A stretch of DNA of 64,000 nucleotides from Octopus sinensis (Eukaryota). Below are positions 13,291 to 25,611 of this stretch, one piece after another. Location of the stretch: assembly GCF_006345805.1 (NCBI RefSeq), contig NC_043005.1, forward strand, positions 1,984,001 through 2,048,000. The letters are read 5' to 3'. Position numbers and translations under genes: made by a program. The first letter of the stretch is position 1; the number at the start of each line of letters is the position of its first letter. Below the pieces are notes generated by a model, which was given only the letters and a program-made list of their open reading frames with translations, had not been told where the DNA came from and did no database searches.

Positions 13291-14183
13291 GAAAGAAGGT
13301 TTGAAAATGCAATTTTAAAAGATGTTTATTTACCGGTTTCACTTTTTTAGAAAAAGATTGTCAAAAGTAACATGTAAAAGCTTGGTTGTGTTAGTTACTG
13401 GTTATTACAAAATACTACAATACATATATACACGGTTGACAAACGGGCACACATATACACACACCATCCTAACAAATTTTACAAACACACAGAGACACAT
13501 CTATTTACATCACAATAAACCCTGGGACTAATCAAAAACGGCCCCCACACACAAACACAAACACATCTATATGTATATACACACACACAAAGACACACAC
13601 TCGCACCATTCTGACCTCTAAAGACCAATCCCCCAAATCATTGATGCTTGAAGGAGAGACAAAAATCTTCTTTTCAGTTCCACATTACTCTTCCTTCCCC
13701 CACCCAAACACACCTACACTGTCCCGTGAAATATAAAATAGTCTTTTACGATAACATGGTGAACCAGGTCAGTTTAAGCTACCACACTACTAAAATGTAA
13801 ACTTCTTGAACTTATAATAATCTGTGTGTGTATATATATATACAGATAGAATACCAATATTCCACTGAACTTTATAATAATTCCTTCTGGAAACTATCTT
13901 TAACATTTTCTTGAGAATGTATATATATGTTGTAATCTTTTGTGCCCAATATCTTAATGAACTTGTTAAACTTTTTTATATTTTCCCAAGATTTTCCCTT
14001 GTAAACTGCTCTTAACATGTTCTTGTTATCAAAAAGTGTATATATGTATTGTAGTATTTTGTGACAACCAGTAACTAACACAACCAAGCTTTTACATGTT
14101 ACTTTTGACAATCTTTTTCTAAAAAAGTGAAACCGGTAAAGTAAATAAACATCTTTTAAACTTGCATTTTCAAACCTTCTTTC
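13291..14183 (+). mobile_element. Penelope-like non-autonomous or truncated element with inverted terminal arms
   Basis: Arms 13291-13433 and 14036-14183 are near-perfect inverted repeats flanked by (TA)n. They hold a degenerate minimal hammerhead followed by AATAAA. A weak RE.IY.L.SFVPN.LNE relic near 13910-13962 resembles a GIY-YIG C-terminus. Confidence 0.6.
14099..14144 (+). ncRNA. degenerate minimal type-I hammerhead motif
   Basis: TTACTT-TTGACAA-stem II (CTTTT/AAAAG)-GAAAC-CG-GTA-AAGTAA. Stem I is perfect; core has two transitions from CTGANGA. Confidence 0.5.
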
Positions 14184-14249
14184 ATATATATATATAGCTC
14201 TAATATAAGTAGGCTCAACAAAAAGTACTCCCTCCAGTGAGAGATATAC

Positions 14250-14412
<163 letters not shown>

Positions 14413-14670
14413 TACCTGTGGTGTATGCAGCCCCGACAGACTTGTTGGTTGTCTTGTTTAGTAAAGACCAAGAGAAAGGAAACTCTAGTAAAAAAACCTG
14501 GTTCACACCAATCAACTTGGTGTTTCACTGTCTCTGAGACTTGGGAGCGGATATTTAGAGATTGACATTAGCTTCGTACAAAGTCATCGTATTGCCTAGA
14601 ATTTCTGCAAACTAGAAATACTTACAAATTCCAGTGTAACATGCCTTTTATAACTAGAACTGTCCAAAGA

Positions 14671-15010
14671 GGGCGGCAAGCTTGCAGAAACATTAGCACG
14701 CCGAGCGGATTGCTTAGCGGTATTTCGTCTGCAGTTACGTTCTGGGGTCGATGTAATCGACTTAATCCGTTTGTCTGTCCTTGTTTGTCCCCTCTATGTT
14801 TAGCCCTTTTTGGGTAATAAAGAAACAGGTATTTCGTCTGCCGTTACGTTCTGAGTTCAAATTCCGCCGAGGTCGACTTTGCCTTTCATCCTTTCGGGAT
14901 CGACAAAGTAAGTACCAGTTACGCACTGGGGTCGATATAATCGACTTAATCCGTTTGTCTCTCCTTGTTTGTCCTCTCTGTGTTTAGCCCCTTGTGGGTA
15001 GTAAAGAAAT
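14671..15010 (+). mobile_element. tRNA-headed SINE family 1, two tandem partial units
   Basis: GGCGGC.AGCT.GCAGAA head, GAGTTCAAATTCC B-box-like motif, GTCGACTTTGCCTTTCATCCTTTCGG core shared with other copies in the window. Confidence 0.85.
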
Positions 15011-15112
15011 AGACACAGCTTCGTGTGCACACATCTACATACGTTGAATGCGGTGCTACTTCACCAACCAACTCTCTCTACAATGTAACAATTTCTACAT
15101 TCAACTATATTA

Positions 15113-15275
15113 TTTCGTCTGTCTTTACGTTCTGAGTTCGAATTCCACCGAGGTTGACTTTGCCTTTCATCCTTTCGGGTTCGATAAATTAAGAACCAGT
15201 TACGTACCGGAGTCGATCTAATCGACTGGCCCCTCCCGCCAAAACTTGGGCCTTGTGCTTAGAGTAAAAAAGAAT
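15113..15275 (+). mobile_element. SINE family 1, 5'-truncated, alternative tail
   Basis: Same core; tail GGCCTTGTGCTTAGAGTAAAAAAGAAT as at 22815-23038. Confidence 0.85.
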
Positions 15276-15954
15276 GAACTGTCCAACGAGAAAGAGAGAG
15301 CAAAGCAACCAGTTTTATCCATTCTGGTCTCTAAAAGATGTTTGGTGATGATGATCATGTGGTGACTTGTTGAATTGGAACCGACTTGGAATTATAGAAT
15401 CACAAACCTGTATATAAGGTGGAAGTAAATGTTTTTCTGAAGACCGGTTCCTTTAATCTTTAATTTTAAGGAGAATTGGATGGAATCACCTGTGAGTGAG
15501 CGGCCTTATTTAAGCAGTGAACTGTCTACCCAATTCCTTTGAAGGGACTAGATAAGGGACCCTAAATATTGCCTGATTCACAATGAAGGTAATGACACAG
15601 GCCTGAGATCTATACTGCTCTTGTCGCAGAGCTGGACACATACAAGATATTGCCAAAGGATGACCAGCTAAATGAAATGGTTGGCTGTTGATCCTTTTAG
15701 CTTTCGAAACAATTCGTTGAGAAACGAGAGTATGCCGTATACTTTGCCTTTAGAATAATCAGACTAGTTGGATGATTTCAAATCAATGTGAGAGAACGTG
15801 TCATTACGCTACACGTATAGCTACCATGTGAGTGTCATGTGACTTGTTTCTCTGAGTATACTCCAAGTCTCCACTTAACAAACGAAATTTTATCTCTTTT
15901 TTGTTCATAAACATCTAACAAAAGTCACTTTTTTCAGACAGACTTTTGATGAAA

Positions 15955-16110
15955 TCTTTCTCTGTGTGGCGACTTTAATGCAAGGCTACAGGGCGACTGC
16001 AATGCACAATTTGGGACGTTTTAGCAAAGATAAAATGAATAGCAGTGGTATTCGCCTGCAGCAGCTCTGTACGAGCTGGGCCTTCCTACAAACAACACAA
16101 TATTGTGTTA
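15955..16110 (+). pseudogene. APE endonuclease relic (RTE-like LINE)
   Basis: CGDFNARL then, after a frameshift, LGRFSKDKMNSSGIRLQQLC, matching the GDFNA...N.NG..L..LC pattern. Confidence 0.55.
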
Positions 16111-17159
16111 GAAGCTTAAGCTTAAATTTATCTGCTCCTAGCCTCAGTCGAAACAGGGTTATCTCATTGACCTTGTCTTAATATGTAGGCATAACTTTTG
16201 TGTCTTGTGTTCCTTGTTTCTTTTTATTTCATCTTTGAGCTATACTGAAAATCTTAGATCCTTCTGAAAGAAAAAAACCCAAATAACAGTGATATGATTA
16301 TTAATGTTATTATCATCATTATTAGATTCTGTCAATTCTAATCTTAAGAAATTTAATCTGATAGCATCTCGCTTAAAAATTAGATAACAGTTATATTTTT
16401 GTATTCTTTTGTATATTTTCATCCCTTGCATAAATTAACTTCTTCCCAAACGTAACTAAAATCATAGAAATAACGAAATTTAAATAGAATCAAATCTTTA
16501 ACGATTCGTTTGCTTTTTTAAACCAGTTTTAATTCCTCTTTTGATATCTGAGGCTAAATTTAGAAATAATAAGCAATTTCATGTTTATTTTTTCTTCTCA
16601 AGAGTTCGTTTATGTTTATTTTTAATTCCATTGTGTTTAGAACATTGTTTTCTGTTTCCTTTTCATCTCTTTTTCAGTCTGGTGCTGTTACTAAAAGTGT
16701 TCACAGTCTTTAAAAGATCGCTGTTTCTAAAAATATAAATTGAATATTATTAATTACTCGCTTATAGACGTAAAAATAAACATGCATGGAATAAGATCAT
16801 CATTTCAGACTATTAACCTTACCTTTCAAGGTGAGAAAATGTTCCCACGTTGACAGCTGTTCAGTTTTGATCATTTTTTGATCTCGTTGCCAGTTGTCCT
16901 GGATGTATACATAGTTCCAAATTTAATTCGACTGAGGAATCTTTTCAATTCAAATGTTATAATAGTCTTAACCTCAAGAAATTCACGTGACATACGTCAA
17001 GAAATGAGGGTGTTATTATTTTGAAATCGAAGGGTCCAGTTGTGTTGGTTCTATGTACGAGACCAAAAATAAGACATCTGATGAGGACGACCGGGAATCA
17101 AAAAGACCGAAATATAATTTAGATATAAACATTGGTTTCAAACCCTAACCCTAACCTTA

Positions 17160-17340
17160 ATCGAGGATAGAGTTAAGTCGATTACATCGACCCCAGTACT
17201 CCACTGGTACTCATTTTATTGACTCCGAAAGGATGAAAGCAAAGTCAACCTTGGAAGAATTTTAACTCTGAATGGAAAGGTGGATGAAATGTCGCTAAGC
17301 ATTTTGTCCGGCATGCGACCGATTCTGTCATCTCGTTCCC
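17160..17340 (-). mobile_element. SINE family 1, old copy
   Basis: Reverse complement of the family core with many substitutions. Confidence 0.75.
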
Positions 17341-17572
17341 TTAATTTAGATATAAAAAATAGGGGGAAAAAAATTAAAGCTTATATTAATAACTTGAAAA
17401 AATATAAACTTTTCGATTTTATAATGTATTACAAACATTTAGACATTTAATGTATGAAAATAGTCTAAGCCCGTAGAAGCATTTGTAAGACCAAAATGCA
17501 ATAAGATCTGAAAATCTAAGCCGTTTCCTTCACGGAAGTCTCTAACAATTGCCTAGAGTATAAACATGTAGT

Positions 17573-18170
17573 ATTGTAATGCTACTACTAGCTCAAATAT
17601 ACATGTGGCACGTTTGGACTCGCTGTAGACAAATGGTGTTTATACACCACTGTTAGTTCACAGCGCCACCTGTCCAGACTGGGAGATGCAAGCATTTCGG
17701 AGTAGTTATCTCCTCTTCGGTCACAAACATTAGGTAAGATGGCGCTGCGAACTGATGAAAGAGATTGTTTAGCGCTGTGCGGTGGCTGACCGTAAGCAGA
17801 TTACGGAGCGGGAGCGCGATGCAGTGAAGTGTAGAACGCAATGTCGTTACCAGTTCGAATAAGCGGTCAACCGCTGCATAGCGTCAGTCAGTTCACATCG
17901 TATGGTGACTGAAATATTATAAGAGAAACTATCTCTTTTATCGGTTCGCAGCGCCACCCTGCCTAGTGTCTGTGACCGAAGAGAAGATAGCTACTCCGAA
18001 ATTCTGGACAGGTGGCGCTGCGTACTGATATTGGTTTATAAACACCATTTGTCTACAGCGAGAAATTTTCTCCATTACAAAACATAGTGCATGACTTATT
18101 TGCGAGTCCAAACGTGCCAGACGCATATTTGAACTGGTCATAACATTACATTTCTACACTTCACTGCTTA
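17573..18170. mobile_element. fold-back/MITE-like element
   Basis: Arms ~17573-17770 and ~17925-18155 are inverted homologs; the left arm lacks ~45 nt between CTCGC repeats. Confidence 0.7.
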
Positions 18171-18384
18171 GTGCTCCCCCTCCGAAATGTGTAGTGTATG
18201 TAATGGGTTATCACCGAAGCTGTGTCCTTGTGAAGCACATCTGCATATTCATATTTATCGAATGTCTGTATTTAGATGCTTTATTTTGAATACGATATAC
18301 ATAGTATTTCAGATTCCTGTTGAATTTTATTTGTAGAGTAATTAAAAATATGTCAAATTTTCCAGCTTTCTGTTTCGATATATA

Positions 18385-18410
18385 CACACACACACACACA
18401 TACATATATA

Positions 18411-18497
<87 letters not shown>

Positions 18498-18555
18498 TAT
18501 GTAGATGTCGGTACGTACATATATGTTTGTATGTATGCATATATTTTATTTATTA

Positions 18556-18611
<56 letters not shown>

Positions 18612-18640
18612 ATGTACGTGTATATATATATGTATATTTG
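18385..18640. repeat. (CA)n/(TA)n/(TG)n microsatellite block
   Basis: Direct read. Confidence 0.95.
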
Positions 18641-18714
18641 AAATTGAAAGGAAGCCGGGTACAAGTATATGGGGGGAGGGTGGAATCTTGCTGATAGCAT
18701 AAAAAGACTAACAA

Positions 18715-18990
18715 AGAAATGAGTACGTAAGAAGAACTAAAAGAAAGAAAATCCAATTTGAACAGTAAGACTGTTACTATTGCCATCACCATCAATTGTC
18801 CGATAAAGTGTTCAGTGCAGGAATCATCGAGAACGTGTCCTGCCGGTTGTTGACAAGAAAAATTAGAAACCTTCTGAGGGTGAATGATATGCTCTTCAAA
18901 CAGGAGATAGTGATAAATTGTATTTGAAACTCAGGGAAGATGGAAGAAGTTTGATGGGCGTAGAAGATTGGGTTGTAAAGATAGCATCGA
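18715..18990 (+). pseudogene. ancient R4/Dong thumb-domain relic
   Basis: Across frameshifts: EYVRRT..SNLNSK..FSAGII..RKIRNLLR..DSDKLYLKLREDGRSLMGVED, alignable by eye to the thumb of families A-C. Confidence 0.6.
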
Positions 18991-20444
18991 AGATAAAGTA
19001 GTTCTACGTGGAACAACTCACTGCTAAAATAATGTTGCTCTGTATAGAACAGTTCACGCTTAACACAAAACTTATTAAATTTAATTCTAACTCAATGGAA
19101 CACACTTTCCGCACATCTCACACGAATCAGAAGAAATACTGAAAGGTGTTTTGTCTGACGCTTGAGAGATTCTAGCAATCCGTCATCCTGAATAAAGGTT
19201 TCTAACATAAAGTCAAGGTCTTAACAGATATTTTATTTATGGACCCTGAAAATGAGAAAATTAACTGGGGACTCGGTTTACAGAATTAGCAGAACAGAAT
19301 TTGCCTTCTCGTTTCGAGCCGAGAAATCTTTTGCATTTTATTAAAGATTTCCTTAGAGTGGAATATTTTAATGAATCTTTAGGTCTATACAACCTGGTAC
19401 CTCTGTGTGGTAGTTCAATGGCAAGAAATAGCAGCAAAACTCACCCTGAGTACAATCAGACTCTATAGATATCCTAAGTGTCATCTTAAGTGCCTGAGAA
19501 ACTGAAATAGGTAGACGATTAAGCCTGGATTGTCATTAACTATAAACCTGCTTAATGACCTCGGCAACATCAGCAACCAAAATAGAATCATTAAACATTG
19601 TAGCGTCTGTTCTATTCTAATTTCTCCAGTGTATAAAACACACTCTGAGAAGGCCCCCAACAGAGTGGTCAGATGGCAGAGCAAAAAGAAACGGTGTCCA
19701 ATCCAGCTTTACTTGTTATTTCTATACCAATGGGGATCTGTTGGATTTCGCCCCCTCAAGGCTAAGTTGCTAATTTTCTTTAACGAAAAGATTCTTTATG
19801 CTGATGAAAATTTAGATGTTATTTTCCTTATATTTCCAAACCTCAACAACCCCACTGTCATAGATTGTCGCTTTGCTGTGGTGGGGGAGAGCTTGTGTGC
19901 TTCTATGGTCTTAAGGCCTATTCTAGCGGCGTGTTGATTCCGTAATGTCGTGCAAGTAGAAGCCTAACTAACAGGTTTTCCCTGATCCTCAAGGCTGTGG
20001 GTCTGGTGTGCAGTTAACGGTTTCTCTCCGTGAAAAACATACATCGGTTACAGAAACGTCGACGGTAAAACCAAAGGCAATATTAATATAGAGAGAGGCT
20101 ATTAATACAGAACCTAATATCATTCTTAGCACAGAAATGTATCCAGACAGGAATCGTTGAAGAAGTTAGTTTCAAATATAACAACGCTGAACTAGCAATA
20201 ACACTTCAATAAAATATAAACACGAAAATAATCACAAATCACAAATATTTGTAATAACCATTTGTATTAACCAATAGGAAGACAGAAATAACTCTGAGAA
20301 TCATAGATAAACACTTGTAGATGGCTGCTCACAGTTGTTCATCATTCTATATTAACGAACATATGCGTAAATTCGTAAGAAACATAACACCTTTGCAATC
20401 AGACTAATAGCTAATTTGACCATGTATTCAAGTGAGTAAGAATA

Positions 20445-20492
20445 TATGTATATATACATTCATACACGTACATACATTCATGCACTTATATA

Positions 20493-20568
<76 letters not shown>

Positions 20569-21045
20569 GTATGTGTGTGTGTGTGTGTACATATAACAGA
20601 ATTATGGGCTTTTTATTTACACACAGCCATTATGAATTACTGCAGAGGATTTTACCAAAGCTGTGTATGATTTCTTCAAAATACATATGTATGTACGTAT
20701 GTGTGTGTATATATATATATGTGTATGTGTGTATTTATGTATGTATATATGTGTATATATATATATGTGTATGGATGCGTATATGTATATATACCTGGGT
20801 TTGTGTGTGGTGTGTATATGTATGTGTATATATTTGTATATATATATATATATATATATGTATATGGGTATGTTTATCTGCATATATATATATGTATATA
20901 TGCATGTGTGTGTATGTATATATATATATATATATGTATATATGCGCGTATATGTATATGTATATATATAAGTGTGTGTATGTATCTGTATCTGTCTATA
21001 TATATATGTGTATACGGATGAATGTGTATATTTATGTATGTATAA
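20445..21045. repeat. (TA)n/(TG)n degenerate microsatellite
   Basis: Direct read. Confidence 0.95.
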
Positions 21046-21511
21046 GAAATAAAAGCAAGGGCTTGAAAAACCCGATTCCTATTAAAATCCCAGGGTAACA
21101 ACTTCAACACAGCGACTATTATTATTACTGCTGCTAGTTATTTGACGGCTACAGCCACTCTTAAGAAAACAAGTCTTGACCACACTAATTTAGAAAAACA
21201 GATAGTAGTAATTTGCGGTCACAGTCTGTTGAACTTATCATGCTGCCAGAATCAAAGGATGTTATCACGTGTTCTTGCAGGAAAAAGAAAAGTAAACTAT
21301 GAATGTAAATTTTAATTTTATTCTTAATTTCATTTTTTAAATTGTTCTTTTCTCTTTACATATTCCATATTAGTACATATTTTTGATAATGTTTTTCAAA
21401 AACCGAAACATGTAAAAGGAAAATTAAAATGTACCTAATTTGAAGAAAGTAGCATTTTCGGTCTTGTTTTTCATAAATATCTACTTACTCCTATGTTACC
21501 TCTACAAATCG

Positions 21512-21642
<131 letters not shown>

Positions 21643-21718
21643 CACCACCAGATTGAATGGTACTGCCCAGGTGTCGAAACCATAATGATATCCGTGGAGC
21701 AGCTGATGTATATATATA

Positions 21719-22235
21719 CAAAATTTTGAGGACTGACCACTAAAAGTGGATAGCCTATATGCTAAACATAGACATCAAATCGCCATTATCACGAAGAATG
21801 TGTTCTCAAGAAAAATCCCACCAAAAAACCAAAATGTAAAATTAAGCAAGATAAATGAAAATATACAAAATAAAAAACGATTACCTATGTACCATTGGTT
21901 TCACTTGTTAATATTTACGTATATGGACACGCAAACATCTGCAAGATCATCAGCATAGTCTGTCGTTTATAAAACACAATTTCCAGAACTAGATGCAGAA
22001 CGCTCAACTTAAATCCATCATGTATAAAGTTCTACAAATTATATTTAGGTGTATCTTTCAAATGTCTTCACTTTGGCGCGCTGAGACCGGAAACTACAGC
22101 AGTCAATTTACCGGTTAGAGAACATTTTTTTCCTAGGATTTTTCTTGAGAACACATTCTTCGTGGTAATGGCGATTTGACGTCTATGTTTAGCATATAGG
22201 CTGTCCACTTTTAGTGGTCTGTCCTCTAAACTTTG
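21719..22235. mobile_element. Tc1/mariner-type MITE
   Basis: ~110-bp TIRs (CAAAATTTTGAGGACTGACCACTAAAAGTGG... versus the reverse complement at ~22125-22235) flanked by TA on both sides; no ORF. Confidence 0.85.
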
Positions 22236-22322
22236 TATGTAAAACAATTTTTAATCTTCGGATTTTTTTAAATATGCTAAGCCACTGGTTTTAATTGATT
22301 AATATCAATTTCTACTTATTTA

Positions 22323-22357
<35 letters not shown>

Positions 22358-22814
22358 TTGGTAAATTTCTTCAAGACAAATTTTACACTGTGTTGAAGCA
22401 ATATACCAAATTCTTACATCAAAATACAAATTAATAAACCGTAGACATGAGAGAGAGTCACGTTGTGTTCATCAGTTAAAACATTCATTTAATCGATTTA
22501 AGTGATTGAATGATACGTAATACTAAAATTAGGATAGAAATCAAGTAAACAATAACAAGTAACTGATTCGATATAAACTCCTAAATAAATAAACTTAATA
22601 TTAAAGAGCGATGAGGGAATAAAATTAACGATATCCATAAATTTAATTATAAAATTAGTAAATTAATAATAGAACAAAAACTTATTATTAACAATAATAG
22701 TAATAATGATATGAGTAGAAGTGGTATTAGTAGTGATAGGGATGATAATAGTAGTAACAATAATAACATCAACAGACACTAAGTAACCTGATACTTAATA
22801 TACTACCATACAAA

Positions 22815-23038
22815 GGCGGCGAGGAGCTGGCAGAATCGTTAGCACGCCGGGCTAAATGCTTAGCGGTATTTCATCTATCTTTACGTTCTGAGTTCAAATT
22901 CCGCCGAGGTCGACTTTGCCTTTCATTCTTTCGGGGTCGATAAATTAATTACCAGTTGTGTACTGGGGTCGATATAATCGACTGGCCCTCTTCCCCCCAA
23001 AAAACGTTTCGGGTCTTGTGCCTAGATTAGAAAAGAAT
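22815..23038 (+). mobile_element. SINE family 1, full length
   Basis: A-box-like TGGCAGAATCG, B-box-like GAGTTCAAATTCC, family core, AAAAGAAT tail. Confidence 0.9.
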
Positions 23039-23544
23039 ATTTTACCATTCGCCACTCCAAGACAAAATGCACTTGCTGACTCCTGGCGCATTCTTGGACG
23101 GCCAGTCACTTGTTTTTCTAACCTGCAGAGTTGAACAGGTCGGAATTTAGGCTATTTTTAGAATACTAACACCACGTATTTAGTTGTATTTAGTTCAGGT
23201 GGGCTCCGAAACGCTGTTAATAGCACCCTGAGGAAGCGGCAACTAACACCAAAATGCACAACAAGAAACAAAATTTTGCAGTGGGCACGAAATTGCAGCA
23301 GAAACCTATGTAGGTGATTGATAACAGATTAAAACTGGAGATAGAAATCTCTGCTCTCCTTAATTATCAATTTATTATTTCTTGTCTACCGACAACATGC
23401 AGTCTCTATGTAGACATGAATTTACCGATTTGAAGTAAAATCAACTAGCTGGAGTCTTTCTACACCCATGGACGTTAGCCATATTAACTGGTAGAAGCTA
23501 ATACGGTACCCGCTTGGATTGTATGGGGTCCGAACAAAAAAAAA

Positions 23545-24490
23545 AACCCTAAGATAAAACTCCCTCGGACAAAACTCCTTAGTTAAAATGCGAAAGCGGA
23601 CAAAACCTTATCGGTTATAGTTTTTGGTTAGTTTTCGTCTTTTTTTCTTTTTTACTTGTTCCAGTCATTAGATTGCGGTGTTGCTGCGGCACCGCATACA
23701 AGAATTTTTAGCCGCAGAAAAATCACCATTTTAAAATTTAAATTTAAAGTCCTTTGTTTTCTTCTCTCTGCATGAGAATGAGCTGACCTTTTGAACTTTC
23801 TCTGGCCGTTGAAGGTCGAACAGAATTATGGTGCCAAAGACTAGTCCTTCAAACGTACTTCTTATAGTTTCTATCTTTCTACATATTTTTGAAATAAATG
23901 CTTTTCGTTAGTGTACATTGAGTAGTAAAGCGTCTTGTGTTCTGTTATTCTATTCTAATTATTTATTTTCAATTGAATATATTTTTATTTACTTAAAAAT
24001 TAGAATTTTGGAAACTAAAAGTCTTTTTACAACCGCCATTTCCGTTTTTCTTTGCGTGAAATTATAAAAAAAGTGCAAGAGATTTGGTCGTTATTTTTAG
24101 CATGTGGAGAGATATTCTAGGCTTAACTGCATGCGTTGGTTGAAAATCACATAAAAAAAAATTCTGCGGTCGATACGTTCGACAAAACAATTTTCAAGAT
24201 GGTGCCCCAGCATAGCCGCAGTCTAAGGATTTAACAAGTACAAAGTAAAAGGACGAAATATATCCCAGAGGTGGTTTTGACTAGGCTTAATAAAAAAAAT
24301 TCTGGTATCCATGCAGTCAATTAAAAATTCTTCAAGGTGGTGCACCAGCATGGCCGCAGTCTAATGACTGAAACAAGTGAAAGGGGAAAAGAACGAAAAA
24401 AAAAGCGAAAAATATAACCGAGTGGATTTTGTCCGCTTTCACACTTTAACTCTGGGGGTTTTGTCCTAGAGGGGTTTTATACTACACTCG
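23545..24490. mobile_element. degenerate long-inverted-repeat element whose arms include SINE-2 tails
   Basis: 23545-23712 is the diverged reverse complement of 24325-24490 (GGACAAAA repeats, AAAGCGGACAAAA, SINE tail). Confidence 0.6.
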
Positions 24491-24528
24491 GATTATATAT
24501 CCCTACCAACCTAATTTCGAAACTTTCC

Positions 24529-24566
<38 letters not shown>

Positions 24567-24619
24567 CATGTGTGTGTGTGTGTGTGCGTGTGTGTGTGTA
24601 TATATATTATATATATATA

Positions 24620-25611
24620 CGTAAAATTTCAGAATGAGATGAAAAATCCAAGGCTGTGAAAGATTTTAGAACATTTATAAATAGAAGGTCTTACAGCTGT
24701 TTCCGGGATATTTTATATATCCCTTTATTTGACGGTGTGAGAAAATGGTTAAGCAATAGTTATTCTGGATAAGATGTAGGTGTTGATATGTATAAATATC
24801 TCTATACATGTTTAATCTATGCATGTGTATACATCTTCAGATATGTATTCTTCTACTACTAAGCACCGACCTGTTCTCTAACCAACCTAACCTATATTCC
24901 CAAATTCTTCATTCCACCATTTTACTACTCCTGCGCCATCTCTCTGCCCCTCACTTAGTCTCTATCACTACATATCTGATGCTCTTTTATTCTTTACACT
25001 CTCATACCTTTCTCTCTCTATCACCCATCACCCCCACCCCATTCTTTCTCTCTGACACTCCTTTACTCTTTACCCTATCATCTTTTTACACTCCCATATC
25101 TTTCTCTCTCTATCACCCATCACCCCCACCCCATTCCTTCTCTTAATCTATCTTGACTGACCACTAACCAGTATACTTTCACTCTCTTCGTTTCTTTATT
25201 ATCTCTCTCCTCCGCCTTTCTTTTTTCTTTTCTTCTTTTTTTTTCCTTTTCTTTTCCCCTCTCTTCCTGTTTTCGATTTGACCTTATAAATACATCACCA
25301 ACTTTTAAGTCACTTTAAATAAAACCTTCGATTCAATAACAAACTCTATACTTGGAATGACCAATTTTAAATATTATTGGAACTTACACACAAGGTACTG
25401 GAATCTTATATGTCAACCATTCTGCCTAAATAATGGATCTACAGATGCAATATCCCTGCATATCTTAGGTCTATTTTCAATCCTCCACTTCATTCCCTAT
25501 TTCATATCTTGTCCAGAATAACTATTGCTTAACCTTCTTCTCACAACGTCTCCGATGAAGGGATACAATAAATATCCTGGAAACAGCTGTAAGACCCTCT
25601 CTTTATAAATG
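24620..25611 (+). mobile_element. Penelope-like non-autonomous or truncated element with inverted arms
   Basis: ~24671-24778 is an inverted copy of ~25503-25611. The right arm holds a minimal hammerhead motif; both ends abut microsatellites. Confidence 0.62.
25548..25595 (+). ncRNA. minimal type-I hammerhead motif
   Basis: GTCT-CCGATGA-A-GGGATA/TATCCT stem II-GGAAAC-AGCT-GTA-AGAC. Stem I GTCT/AGAC, palindromic loop III, single core change (U4C). Confidence 0.65.

Noticed and set aside
16823-16925. Minus-strand frame MIKTEQLSTWEHFLTLK ending at an AAG|GTAAGG donor
   Set aside because: Short, upstream stop, no recognisable homology or partner exon.
17141-17160. (CCCTAA)2-3 telomere-like repeat
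   Set aside because: Too short; adjoins a SINE tail.
19480-20030. Possible RTE APE relic on the minus strand
   Set aside because: Motif resemblance too weak and too frameshifted to support.
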